NCBI RefSeq assembly: GCF_003231495.1
Contig: NZ_PQWO01000001.1
Span: forward strand, 573,850 to 605,849
Reading direction: 5' to 3'
DNA: 32,000 nucleotides
Origin: Acaryochloris thomasi RCC1774
GTDB lineage: Bacteria > Cyanobacteriota > Cyanobacteriia > Thermosynechococcales > Thermosynechococcaceae
Shown: piece by piece, positions 11,118-19,929 of the stretch
How the letters are laid out: every line of letters begins with the position of its first letter
Numbering within the stretch: position 1 is the first letter of the stretch
The notes under the pieces: model-generated
What the model saw: the letters and a program-made list of their open reading frames with translations, nothing else
Database searches by the model: none
Told to the model about the DNA's origin: nothing
Made by a program: the position numbers and the translations under genes

Positions 11118-11419
11118 AAATGATTAAACCAATAGAAACCTCTCTCAAGATAGCATTGACATTGAGGCATTAATAATTCGTTGGAAGTGAGCGTCTTTGA
11201 TATCTTAAAGATGCAGATTAGGGTGAAGCTAAGTGCCCATGATTAATCCACCAAACCTATCTCTGACAGTAGATTCACTGTCTTTCTACGGCCGCCGACT
11301 GTTGATGGAAAAGCAAATACAGAACTGATTAAAATTCTCGCAAAAAAGTATAATTCGCTTTAGCTTAGAACTATAGTCAGGTCTAATTGTTATCCAGGGC
11401 TAATGCGACTTTTCTTAGC

Positions 11420-11448
11420 AACGTTAAAGTTTTTTTGCCTTTAACGTT
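11420..11448. repeat. Perfect 10-bp inverted repeat (AACGTTAAAG / CTTTAACGTT) with a 9-nt T-rich loop
   Basis: Read directly from the sequence, inside the 615-bp non-coding gap. Neither side has a flanking U-tract. Confidence 0.8.
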
Positions 11449-11623
11449 TACAAGGTAGCCTGTCTCCGATTATCTGCACGGCACTCGCGATTATTCTCTC
11501 AGACCTCCATAAACCTTGGGCTTTGAAACTGCAGTTTCTCTACAAAGGGACGTGCAAATAGTTTCAACTCATGTGAGAGAAACTTTCACTAGGGACTCAC
11601 TTTAGAAGGTGCACAATTGCTTA

Positions 11624-11649
11624 CAGGTCTATCAAACCAGATAGACCTG
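11624..11649. repeat. Perfect 10-bp inverted repeat (CAGGTCTATC / GATAGACCTG) with a 6-nt loop
   Basis: Read directly from the sequence, 84 nt downstream of the xfp stop. It lacks a U-tract, so it is not a canonical intrinsic terminator. Confidence 0.8.
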
Positions 11650-11732
11650 CAAGGCTGAACTCTCAATTTCACAACTAGGTTAATTTGTTATGACTGATTT
11701 GAGACCTGATATCGGCAAAGGAGAGAAAGATG

Positions 11733-14162
11733 CTATTCACACATCTCAGAGTAGGGCCACCTCCAGTCGACAATCTCATCTTGGTCCTTGCCATGCGTAT
11801 GAGCATAGGCCAAACACTCGATGATTTTATTCCGCATCCGCTCTTTTGCGTGGCCTGCCGCAGATCCTAGCTTTGGCACTCGGTCAATCACATCAATGAC
11901 TAAATTAAAGCGATCCACTTCATTCTTAATTGCCAACTCTAGTGGCGTATTGATATTGCCCTGCTCTTTATAGCCCCGTACATGAATTCGTTCTTGATTA
12001 GAGCGACGATAAACCAGCTTGTGAATCAACCAGGGATAGCCATGGAAGTTGAAGATCATCGGCTTATCGCGGGTAAACAGAGAGTCAAAGTCTCGATCAG
12101 ATAAACCGTGGGGATGCTCCCCTTCAGACACCAATTTGAATAAATCCACTACGTTCACAAATCGCACCTTAAGCCAGGGAAATTCTTCCCGCAAAATCGC
12201 TGTCGCCGCTAACGATTCCATCGTCGGGATATCGCCACAGCAGGCCATCACCACATCGGGTTCATCCGGCTCGATTCCGCAGTCATCATTACTGGCCCAA
12301 TCCCAAATACCGATGCCCTTTGTGCAGTGGGCAACCGCCTCATCTATCGACAGATACTGTAGGTGTTTCTGCTTGTCCGAGATGATTACGTTGATATAAT
12401 CCACGCTGCGGAAACAGTGATCTGCCACCGATAGCAAACAGTTCGCATCCGGCGGGAAGTAAAGCCGCACCACATCTGGACTCTTGTTGGTTACTAAATC
12501 TACATAGCCTGGATCCTGGTGGCTGAAGCCGTTATGGTCCTGTCGCCATACCAGTGACGACAACAAGATATTCAAGGATGAGACGGATCTCCGCCAGGGA
12601 ACATGATTGCGACAAATATTCAGCCATTTAGCATGCTGATTAAACATTGAATCGACCACATGGGCAAAGGCTTCATAGGTATGAAATAGGCCGTGACGTC
12701 CGGTGAGTAGGTAGGTCTCTAGCCACCCCTGCAGCGTATGCTCACTGAGCATTTCCATGACCCGACCGTCCCGAGACAGTTCAGTCCCGTCTTCGTCTTC
12801 GGGATACATGTCTGCCATCCAAACTTTCTTGGTGACTTGATACACGTCCTGGAGACGATTCGAGGCTGTCTCATCTGGTCCCATTAACCGGAAGTTATCA
12901 GGGTTATCCCGCATGATCTCCCGCATGAATAGGCCTAGTGCTTTAGTATTCTCAAACTCGACGGTGCCGTGTTGCTCTCCAATATTGATGGCAAGGTCAT
13001 GGAAGTTGGGCAGCTTCAGCGCCTTCCGCAGCAACCCTCCGTTAGCGTGGGGATTAGATCCCATGCGGCGATTTCCCATAGGTGCCAGTTCTTTCAGCTC
13101 TGGAATCAGCGTCCCGTTTTCATCAAATAGCTCTTCCGGTTTGTAGCCGCGCATCCACTCTTCGAGCTTGCGGAGGTGATCGGGGTTGTCGTGCATTCCG
13201 CCCATCGGGACTTGATGCGATCGCCAAAAGTCTTCGACCTTCTTTCCGTCCACTTCTTGAGGCCCCGTCCAGCCCTTCGGAGTCCGCAAGACAATCATCG
13301 GCCAACGAGGGCGTTCAATCTTGCCCGTGGTGCGGGCTTCTTGCTGCACTTCTCGAATCTTGAGAACGCACTCCTCCATGACCGCAGCCATTTTCTGATG
13401 CATCTCCGCCGGATTCTTACCCTCAACAAAATAGGGCGTGTAGCCATAGCCCTTGAACAAACACTCCAGTTCCTCATGGGAGATCCGGGCCAGAATCGTG
13501 GGGTTGGCAATTTTATAGCCGTTCAGATTCAAAACCGGCAGCACGGCACCATCACGGGCCGGATTGATGAACTTATTAGAATGCCAAGAGGTTGCTAATG
13601 GTCCTGTTTCTGATTCGCCGTCGCCTACCACGCAGGTCACAATCAGATCGGGGTTATCCAAAACTGCACCGTAGGCATGGGAAACGCTGTAGCCCAGTTC
13701 GCCCCCTTCATGAATTGACCCTGGCGTTTCGGGGGTGACATGACTGCCAATAAAGCCAGGGAAGGAGAACTGCTTGAAAAAGCGCTGCATGCCCTCAGCA
13801 TCTTCGCTTTTGTCGGGGTAGATTTCCGAATAGGTGCCTTCGAGGTAGACCGGTCCGAGGACTCCAGGCGCACCATGGCCGGGACCTGCCATGAAGATCA
13901 TGTCGAGGTCGTATTTTTTGATTAACCGATTGCAGTGAATGTAGGTAAAGCTAAGGGCGGGGGAAGCGCCCCAGTGACCGAGTAAGCGATGTTTTATCTG
14001 TGAAGACTGGAGAGATTCTTTTAGCAGAGGATTATCTCGAAGATAAATCATACCAACGGCAAGATAGTTGCAGGCATGCCAGTAGGCATCAATTTTGTGC
14101 AATTCAGCGTCCGTCAATGGGTTGAGCGAAGAAATAGCTTGTGGAGCAGCCTGAATCATCAT
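11733..14162 (-). CDS. xfp: Xylulose-5-phosphate/fructose-6-phosphate phosphoketolase
   Basis: An 809-aa ORF with [39 protein letters not shown] and the TPP region [21 protein letters not shown], typical of the XFP family. Confidence 0.95.
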   Translation of the reverse strand: MMIQAAPQAISSLNPLTDAELHKIDAYWHACNYLAVGMIYLRDNPLLKESLQSSQIKHRLLGHWGASPALSFTYIHCNRLIKKYDLDMIFMAGPGHGAPGVLGPVYLEGTYSEIYPDKSEDAEGMQRFFKQFSFPGFIGSHVTPETPGSIHEGGELGYSVSHAYGAVLDNPDLIVTCVVGDGESETGPLATSWHSNKFINPARDGAVLPVLNLNGYKIANPTILARISHEELECLFKGYGYTPYFVEGKNPAEMHQKMAAVMEECVLKIREVQQEARTTGKIERPRWPMIVLRTPKGWTGPQEVDGKKVEDFWRSHQVPMGGMHDNPDHLRKLEEWMRGYKPEELFDENGTLIPELKELAPMGNRRMGSNPHANGGLLRKALKLPNFHDLAINIGEQHGTVEFENTKALGLFMREIMRDNPDNFRLMGPDETASNRLQDVYQVTKKVWMADMYPEDEDGTELSRDGRVMEMLSEHTLQGWLETYLLTGRHGLFHTYEAFAHVVDSMFNQHAKWLNICRNHVPWRRSVSSLNILLSSLVWRQDHNGFSHQDPGYVDLVTNKSPDVVRLYFPPDANCLLSVADHCFRSVDYINVIISDKQKHLQYLSIDEAVAHCTKGIGIWDWASNDDCGIEPDEPDVVMACCGDIPTMESLAATAILREEFPWLKVRFVNVVDLFKLVSEGEHPHGLSDRDFDSLFTRDKPMIFNFHGYPWLIHKLVYRRSNQERIHVRGYKEQGNINTPLELAIKNEVDRFNLVIDVIDRVPKLGSAAGHAKERMRNKIIECLAYAHTHGKDQDEIVDWRWPYSEMCE

Positions 14163-14353
14163 TTATCTCTCTTGTAGAAGTGTGGCGAAGTTTGAATCGG
14201 GCGAGGTTTCATTTCAGTCTGGAGGGATGACCACCCAAAACGCAGCATTAGAGAACACATCTTGTCAGGTTTTAGACATCTGAGGGGAGCTGCCAAGTTC
14301 TGCATTGGCCCCCGGCATTAGGGAGCTAGGGGACCATCCAAAGGCTGTTACTT

Positions 14354-15064
14354 CTATTGCCGAACGTCAACAGATTCCACTTGCGCTGCGGGAAGATCGG
14401 TGTGCGGATTCTCGATAGGCAGATGAGTATGGGGACTCTTGAGACTGGACTGCTCTTCCATTGCCTGACAGGCCACCATTGTTTTGACATGCTCCATCTC
14501 ATCATCACGAATGGCAACAAATACGTCATAGAGGGTGTCTACTGCGGGGCGACGTGACTCAGGCGGCTGGGACGTTTGAAATTCATCGAACAGATAAAGA
14601 TCGCCATCGCGGTAATAGCCGATTGCAATTTGAGGAGCCGGTTGGTTTTTCAGGTCAGCTTCATTAGCGCTCAAAAACTGATCGTAGGTGTGATATGCTT
14701 CTTCCTCGACCAGCTCCATGAAGCGATAGGCAGAGCGCGGCGAGACAACATATAGACCCACAATAATCCAGTAGTACAGCAGGGCCACATGGCGAGCCAG
14801 GAATCGATCTATCCACTGTTGATTGCCGCCCAGTTCTTCCATAATCAGAAGGTGGTGAAGCTCATTCCAGGATTCAGCAAAGTGAACTTTTAGCCAGTCC
14901 GCCCGCCGCCAGACCCCAATGGTTTCATAGAGGTGCAAAACGGAAAGGTAGGAGAAATAGGGGACACGAGCGACTGTTTCTAATACATAGAAGCGTGGAA
15001 TGGGGCGATCTCGATAAATATTTTTCAAGACGAAGACCAAGACACCGACCAGCAATCGAATCAT
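14354..15064 (-). CDS. Plastoquinol terminal oxidase (PTOX), alternative-oxidase family di-iron protein
   Basis: The di-iron carboxylate ligand set is present: LETVARVPYF, ESWNELHHL, LVEEEAYH and RDDEMEHV. I moved the start to ATG 15064 (MIRLLVGV...), which has AAAGGAG 8 nt upstream; the track start at 15121 is a GTG. Confidence 0.87.
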   Translation of the reverse strand: MIRLLVGVLVFVLKNIYRDRPIPRFYVLETVARVPYFSYLSVLHLYETIGVWRRADWLKVHFAESWNELHHLLIMEELGGNQQWIDRFLARHVALLYYWIIVGLYVVSPRSAYRFMELVEEEAYHTYDQFLSANEADLKNQPAPQIAIGYYRDGDLYLFDEFQTSQPPESRRPAVDTLYDVFVAIRDDEMEHVKTMVACQAMEEQSSLKSPHTHLPIENPHTDLPAAQVESVDVRQ

Positions 15065-15282
15065 GATGAAACACTCCTTTAATTCACTATCTGCATCCTG
15101 GCCGATCCACTCATGGGCCACAAGATAGGCACCCAGAGCGCCCCATAGTTACCAGCAGCAAAAAGCTAGTACTCTCTCTGGCCTCTACGTGCTTCTGAAA
15201 AAAACATTAAATTTCTTGTAACTGTCAGCTAGGCATCTCGATAGAAGAGATTCAGCCGCCAAGATAAAGGTAGCCACACTAA

Positions 15283-15657
15283 ATGGGTAAACAAATGAGC
15301 AAAATGCAGGACTGCCAAAACGTGCAGTGCCCGATTGAGTTCACCCTAGATGTGTTGGGGGGAAAATGGGCTATCCCGATTCTGCGAGAGTTATTTGATG
15401 GAACCCGCCGTACGCATCAATTGCTAGATGCATTGCCGGGTATCAGCAGCAAAACCTTGATGGTTCGTCTCAGAGAGCTAGAACGCCACGGCCTTGTCGA
15501 ACGGCAGGTCTTTGCAGAGGTTCCGCTACACGTAGAGTATTCCATCACTGACAAGGGGCAACAGGTTCAGCCGGTTCTATCTGCGCTCTATCAAGTGGGG
15601 CAATTGTGGCTTGAACAGCAGGATTGCTATTGTCCTCTGAGTGAGAAAGTGAGCTAG
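15283..15657 (+). CDS. HxlR-family winged-helix transcriptional regulator
   Basis: CPIEFTLDVLGGKWAIPILRELFDGTRRTHQLLDALPGISSKTLMVRLRELERHGLVERQVF...VEYSITDKG. It is divergent from PTOX. Confidence 0.9.
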   Translation: MGKQMSKMQDCQNVQCPIEFTLDVLGGKWAIPILRELFDGTRRTHQLLDALPGISSKTLMVRLRELERHGLVERQVFAEVPLHVEYSITDKGQQVQPVLSALYQVGQLWLEQQDCYCPLSEKVS

Positions 15658-15708
15658 AGAATCAGACTGGGCAAAGCGCTTAATCACGACGCTAAGTGCT
15701 AGCTTTGA

Positions 15709-15963
15709 GTGGGCGATCTTTCTGGAAGTACCGTGCTTCAAGCTATTTATGCCGCTCTAACAAACCCTCGCTATCGTTCTAAAGCACTGCGGGTGGCTTT
15801 GGTGGTGGGATCACTTCTGTTTGCAATTAATCATGGGTCAGCTTTGGTTGAGGGGCGAATGAAACGAGATCGCTGGATTTCTGCGGTCTTAACCTACTGT
15901 GTCCCTTATCTCGTTAGCATTCACGGCCAAAGCACAGGTGCTCAAGCCGCTCACAAAAGTTGA
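15709..15963 (+). CDS. Small two-helix membrane protein, NrtS-like (nitrate/nitrite transporter family)
   Basis: ALRVALVVGSLLFAINHG...RWISAVLTYCVPYLVSIHGQ resembles NrtS-type proteins as I remember them. GTG start with uncertain position. Confidence 0.5.
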   Translation: MGDLSGSTVLQAIYAALTNPRYRSKALRVALVVGSLLFAINHGSALVEGRMKRDRWISAVLTYCVPYLVSIHGQSTGAQAAHKS

Positions 15964-15972
15964 GTCGAGCTT

Positions 15973-16977
15973 TCAAGATTTAGATAAATTAGGCTCCACT
16001 ATCTCCGGGAAGTCTGCGAAATTTCGCTTAACCCAATCCATCCCTACCTCATTGTTGAGCCTGATCTTCTGAGGAGCGTCAGGGTAGAGCTTGCCGAGAA
16101 TATCGGTATCTTGCTCCACAACCACTTTTCCGAAGTTGAGATATGTCTTGCCCAAAAGATTAAAGAGTGGATGCTTGGCCTGACCAAAGAGCAGAATGTA
16201 GGTGCGGGTTCGGTTCTCAGCTTCTGGAACAAAAAAGTGACACTGCGCTGCTTTCCCGAGAGGCATTTCGCCGTGAAAAATGACCAGTGACGGGAAGTGA
16301 TTCTCTAAATGAGCTTGAATAGTCTCAGGCAGCAAGAACAAATCTGGCTTTCTCAGTTTTTCGACTAAGCGATAGGACTCTGTTGGTGTATCGAAATAGG
16401 CATGAGATTGGTGCCCCTGATCGATGAATTGATGAAAGTTGACTTGAGTAATGCGAAAGAGATCCCGATGGGTTCCGTTTTGATGGTTGTAGTCATGCAT
16501 ATTCAGCAGCATGGGAAGCAGCTCGGTCTCAACGCTGCAGTCTGCGGTATGGCCAATAAAGCGATAGGTTTTGGCGATTTCATTCATGACCGAGGGAATC
16601 GGCCTCTGAGGCTCGTGTCCACCATAGGACCAAATGAAATCTCCCTGAACGATGAGTTCTAGCGGCTGTAGCTGAGGTGCCGTTTTCTTTTCAGACCCCG
16701 GCAAAACAGTACATCCTGCTCCATCAAACTTGAGAGCATGAAAAGGGCAAACGATACCAGAGGTATCAGATACTGCAGGATGTAATGATTCACACCATCC
16801 TTCCGACAACATTGCACCCATATGAGGACAGGTATTGGGCAATGCATGAATCTTTTGAGAAGCATCTTTCCAGAGCACATAATCATTCCCATAGAGCGAT
16901 ACTCTGCGAGGCTGATTCTCGGCCAGCATAGATTTGTGCGCCAACAGCCATGGCGCACCGGGAAGCATAGATCGCAT
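15973..16977 (-). CDS. Rieske [2Fe-2S] non-heme-iron oxygenase (ring-hydroxylating oxygenase alpha-subunit-like)
   Basis: Rieske ligands are CPHMG...CPFHALKF. A candidate mononuclear-iron region is NMHDYNHQNGTH. ATG start with GGAG 7 nt upstream. Confidence 0.85.
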   Translation of the reverse strand: MRSMLPGAPWLLAHKSMLAENQPRRVSLYGNDYVLWKDASQKIHALPNTCPHMGAMLSEGWCESLHPAVSDTSGIVCPFHALKFDGAGCTVLPGSEKKTAPQLQPLELIVQGDFIWSYGGHEPQRPIPSVMNEIAKTYRFIGHTADCSVETELLPMLLNMHDYNHQNGTHRDLFRITQVNFHQFIDQGHQSHAYFDTPTESYRLVEKLRKPDLFLLPETIQAHLENHFPSLVIFHGEMPLGKAAQCHFFVPEAENRTRTYILLFGQAKHPLFNLLGKTYLNFGKVVVEQDTDILGKLYPDAPQKIRLNNEVGMDWVKRNFADFPEIVEPNLSKS

Positions 16978-17028
16978 GATCTTCTCCGTTCGCTATAAAA
17001 TTGTGAAGAATTTGTCGTGTTTTAAATT

Positions 17029-17829
17029 ATGACAGAACATTCGCATTCGTCAAGTCATTTACGGCGGCGACCCAAACAACAGCGAGGGAAGGAGCGCGTC
17101 GAAAAGATTCTGGATGCAGCGGCAGCAATCTTCGATGAGGTTGGGTATGATGCTGCGACGACGCATCAAATCGCAGATAAAGCTGAGACAGCGGTTGGAT
17201 CGCTCTATCAGTTTTTTCCTCATAAGGCCGCAATCTTCAATGCAATGGAGCTACGGCATGTGGAGCGGGCGAAAGTTTTCTGGGCACAGATTACGACACC
17301 TGAAGTCGTTCAACTCCCGCTCAGGCAAATGATTCAGGTTTTGATGCGATCGGTGAGCGAACTCTTTGAACATCCTGTCTCGCGGATTGTATTTATCCAG
17401 TTTTATACCGCCCGTGAGATTTTCCAGTCTATTGATGAAGGGATGACCCAAGAGGCCATAAATGTTCTCGCTAGCATTCTTGAACAGCGCAACTCTCATC
17501 TAGGTAAAGATAAAGCGAGTCTGATTGCTGAAGTCTGTGTGCATGGTACAAATGCCATCATTCTGGCGGCATTGCGTAATCCAGACATCCAGCACCGTCA
17601 GCGCATGACTGAGCAGATGGAAGATTTGATGGTGTCGTATCTAGAGCCACACATTGGGGATCATCTCGTCGAGAATGTAATGAAAGTAATGAAATGCCCG
17701 CATTGTCGATCGAGGCAGATCTCTAAAAATGGATCTCGGCGAGGCAAACAGTGCTATCTCTGCAAAGACTGCGGCAAGCAATTTGTCGAGTCAGTGATGC
17801 TGAAGGCGACTCAGGATACCTTGCAATAG
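17029..17829 (+). CDS. TetR-family regulator (~220 aa) fused in frame to a 46-aa IS1/InsA-type C4 zinc ribbon
   Basis: The TetR helix-turn-helix region is RVEKILDAAAAIFDEVGYDAATTHQIADKAETAVGSLYQFFPHK. The C-terminus is MKCPHCRSRQISKNGSRRGKQCYLCKDCGKQFVES, which is typical of the N-terminus of IS1-family transposases. Confidence 0.8.
   Translation: MTEHSHSSSHLRRRPKQQRGKERVEKILDAAAAIFDEVGYDAATTHQIADKAETAVGSLYQFFPHKAAIFNAMELRHVERAKVFWAQITTPEVVQLPLRQMIQVLMRSVSELFEHPVSRIVFIQFYTAREIFQSIDEGMTQEAINVLASILEQRNSHLGKDKASLIAEVCVHGTNAIILAALRNPDIQHRQRMTEQMEDLMVSYLEPHIGDHLVENVMKVMKCPHCRSRQISKNGSRRGKQCYLCKDCGKQFVESVMLKATQDTLQ
17677..17694 (+). repeat. Tandem 9-bp direct repeat, GTAATGAAA GTAATGAAA, exactly at the TetR / zinc-ribbon junction
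   Basis: Read directly from the sequence. The second copy supplies the ATG AAA (M-K) that begins the MKCPHC zinc-ribbon segment. Confidence 0.9.
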
Positions 17830-17922
17830 CATTCGCGGTACTCTCCTGCCTCATTCAAGGACTGAAGCTATGTTGAGAGTTTTGTAATATGAATCGCGTA
17901 ATTATGGCCCACGGCAACATTT

Positions 17923-18912
17923 TTGAGCACAATGCAAAGGCATAACTTCAAGCAGGGTATGAATGGTCCCTCAATCAATACTTGGCGTCTCCTGCAGGAG
18001 AGTAGAAACCTTGCTAAGGTAGCCCTGAGAGATATTAGAGATACAAACATCTTGGAAACTACGCAGGTTGAGCGACTTCCGTCTTGGTTGAAGCGTCCCA
18101 TCGGTAAAGCCAGTGAGCTATCGACGGTGCAGCAGATTGTGAAGCGGCATCAAATTCACACCATTTGTGAAGAGGGGCGCTGCCCCAATCGCAGTGAATG
18201 CTATGCCCAAAAAACGGCAACTTTTCTGTTGATGGGACCCGTCTGCACTCGCTCCTGTGCCTTTTGTCAGGTTGATAAAGGCCATGCACCTCAGCCTTTG
18301 GATTCTCAGGAACCTCAGAAAGTTGCTGATTCTGTAAAGCTGCTGGGGCTAAACTATGTGGTTTTGACCTCTGTAAATCGAGATGACCTAGAAGATCAGG
18401 GATCCGGCTGGTTTGCCGCCACAATGGCAGAAATTAATAAGGTCATGCCTCAGACTCAAATTGAGGTGTTGACGCCGGATTTTAGGGGCGATCGCAACTG
18501 CATTAAAACTGTCGTCAACGCAGGCCCCGTCTGCTACAACCACAATCTTGAAACCGTCCGTCGTCTTCAGGGCCCCGTGCGTCGAGGGGCCAAATATGAA
18601 CGATCTCTGGATGTCCTCAAAGCAGTTAAGGAATTTGCGCCCCATATTGCCACTAAGTCAGGACTGATGTTGGGCTTAGGGGAAACAGAGGCAGAGATTC
18701 TGGAAACGCTGGGAGAGTTGAGAGGGGTGGGTTGCGATCGCATCACCCTCGGCCAGTATATGCGTCCTTCTTTAGATCACTTGCCCGTTCAGAAATACTG
18801 GCATCCCGACGAATTTGATCATCTCGGATCAGTAGCTAGATCAATGGGCTTTAGCCACGTTCGTTCCGGCCCACTTGTGCGCAGCTCTTACCACGCAGGC
18901 GAAGAGCAATAG
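17923..18912 (+). CDS. lipA: Lipoyl synthase
   Basis: The auxiliary cluster is [12 protein letters not shown] (Cx4Cx5C) and the radical-SAM motif is CTRSCAFC (Cx3Cx2C), followed by [11 protein letters not shown]. The start is uncertain. Candidates are TTG 17923, ATG 17932 and in-frame TTG 18052. The first ~40 aa look atypical for LipA. Confidence 0.92.
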   Translation: MSTMQRHNFKQGMNGPSINTWRLLQESRNLAKVALRDIRDTNILETTQVERLPSWLKRPIGKASELSTVQQIVKRHQIHTICEEGRCPNRSECYAQKTATFLLMGPVCTRSCAFCQVDKGHAPQPLDSQEPQKVADSVKLLGLNYVVLTSVNRDDLEDQGSGWFAATMAEINKVMPQTQIEVLTPDFRGDRNCIKTVVNAGPVCYNHNLETVRRLQGPVRRGAKYERSLDVLKAVKEFAPHIATKSGLMLGLGETEAEILETLGELRGVGCDRITLGQYMRPSLDHLPVQKYWHPDEFDHLGSVARSMGFSHVRSGPLVRSSYHAGEEQ

Positions 18913-18954
18913 TATTGACAGCCTTTTGTCAGCTAGAGAACTCCGGTGCCCCAA

Positions 18955-19767
18955 CTACTCCGGTTCGATTCGACGATAGCGGGCCTGCACAAGCATATGA
19001 ACGCCATAGGCGATCAGACCAGCAGCAACGAACAAAAACAACAAGGAGCCAAAAGGCTGACTCTGCTGCAGCACCTCAAGGGCACCTTCCGAAGAACGAA
19101 CTTCACTCGGGTCAGCCCGACGCGCGGCCTGGATCAGAAAACCACCAATCACGATAAACACAATCCCTCGGGCTGAGATTCCCAATACGCCAACGCGCGT
19201 CGCCCAAAGTTTCTCCGTCTGGCTCATCTCTCTTAGCTTCAACTTTTCACGAAATTTGACAGTAAAGGCTCGGTAGAAAAAATACACACCTAAGCCAATC
19301 ATGAAAGCACCACCCGTGCCCACCAGCCATTCCCCAAAAGGCTGTGACATGAGCTTAGCGACCCATGTCTGAGCCGAACTGCCGCTATCGCTACTCTGGT
19401 TGTTGCCTAATAAAAGCTGAACCGCCGTGAGCGTCACCCCAGCATAGGCCACCCCATTAACGGCATAGCCCAGGCGTCGAAAGATTCCCTTTGCCCCCGT
19501 GCTATCGCGATGTTCAGGGTCCAAACCTGCTTGAACAAACCGCCATAGCGCATAGCCAGCCAATCCGACAGCTACAACACCCAGCAAAATCTGTCCAAAG
19601 GGCTGTTGAGCAATCGTTTCTAACGCACCGCTCGATCCAGTGGTTCCGCCGCCCATGTTCAGCGCCGCTAACGTTGATAAAGCACCAATGGTTATGTAAA
19701 CAATGCCTTTCGCGGCATAGCCCAGACGCGCTAGCCGCTCTATCCACGACCCAGTATTGCTTTTCAT
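18955..19767 (-). CDS. DUF1206-type repeat membrane protein
   Basis: Three repeats of the pattern LGYAAKGIVYITIG / LGYAVNGVAYAGV / ISARGIVFIVIG, each followed by Q.PFG. I moved the start to ATG 19767; the track start at 19773 is a GTG. Confidence 0.72.
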   Translation of the reverse strand: MKSNTGSWIERLARLGYAAKGIVYITIGALSTLAALNMGGGTTGSSGALETIAQQPFGQILLGVVAVGLAGYALWRFVQAGLDPEHRDSTGAKGIFRRLGYAVNGVAYAGVTLTAVQLLLGNNQSSDSGSSAQTWVAKLMSQPFGEWLVGTGGAFMIGLGVYFFYRAFTVKFREKLKLREMSQTEKLWATRVGVLGISARGIVFIVIGGFLIQAARRADPSEVRSSEGALEVLQQSQPFGSLLFLFVAAGLIAYGVHMLVQARYRRIEPE

Positions 19768-19929
19768 TTGCACGAACCACCGCTTTAGTAGAGCTATGAG
19801 TCCACCCTACTGTGCCGTACCGCGCCTATCAAGAAAGTCGTACACCGTCCACAAAAGGGTTGAACGGTCAGACCACAAAATGCTTTTGTCGAAGAATGCT
19901 GATTCGAAATCTTGCCCGTTGCGCTGCAC

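Noticed and set aside
17830-17925. Direct repeat of the tRNA-Phe 3-prime end (attR) at the far side of the putative island
   Set aside because: Only a vague resemblance was found (TCCTGCCTCATTCAA vs TCCTGGCATTTAA). This is not enough to call an attachment site.
18915-19176. Two overlapping plus-strand ORFs (80 and 76 aa) after lipA
   Set aside because: They are antisense to the 3-prime end of the DUF1206 gene, whose repeat structure is convincing. Their composition is typical of shadow frames.
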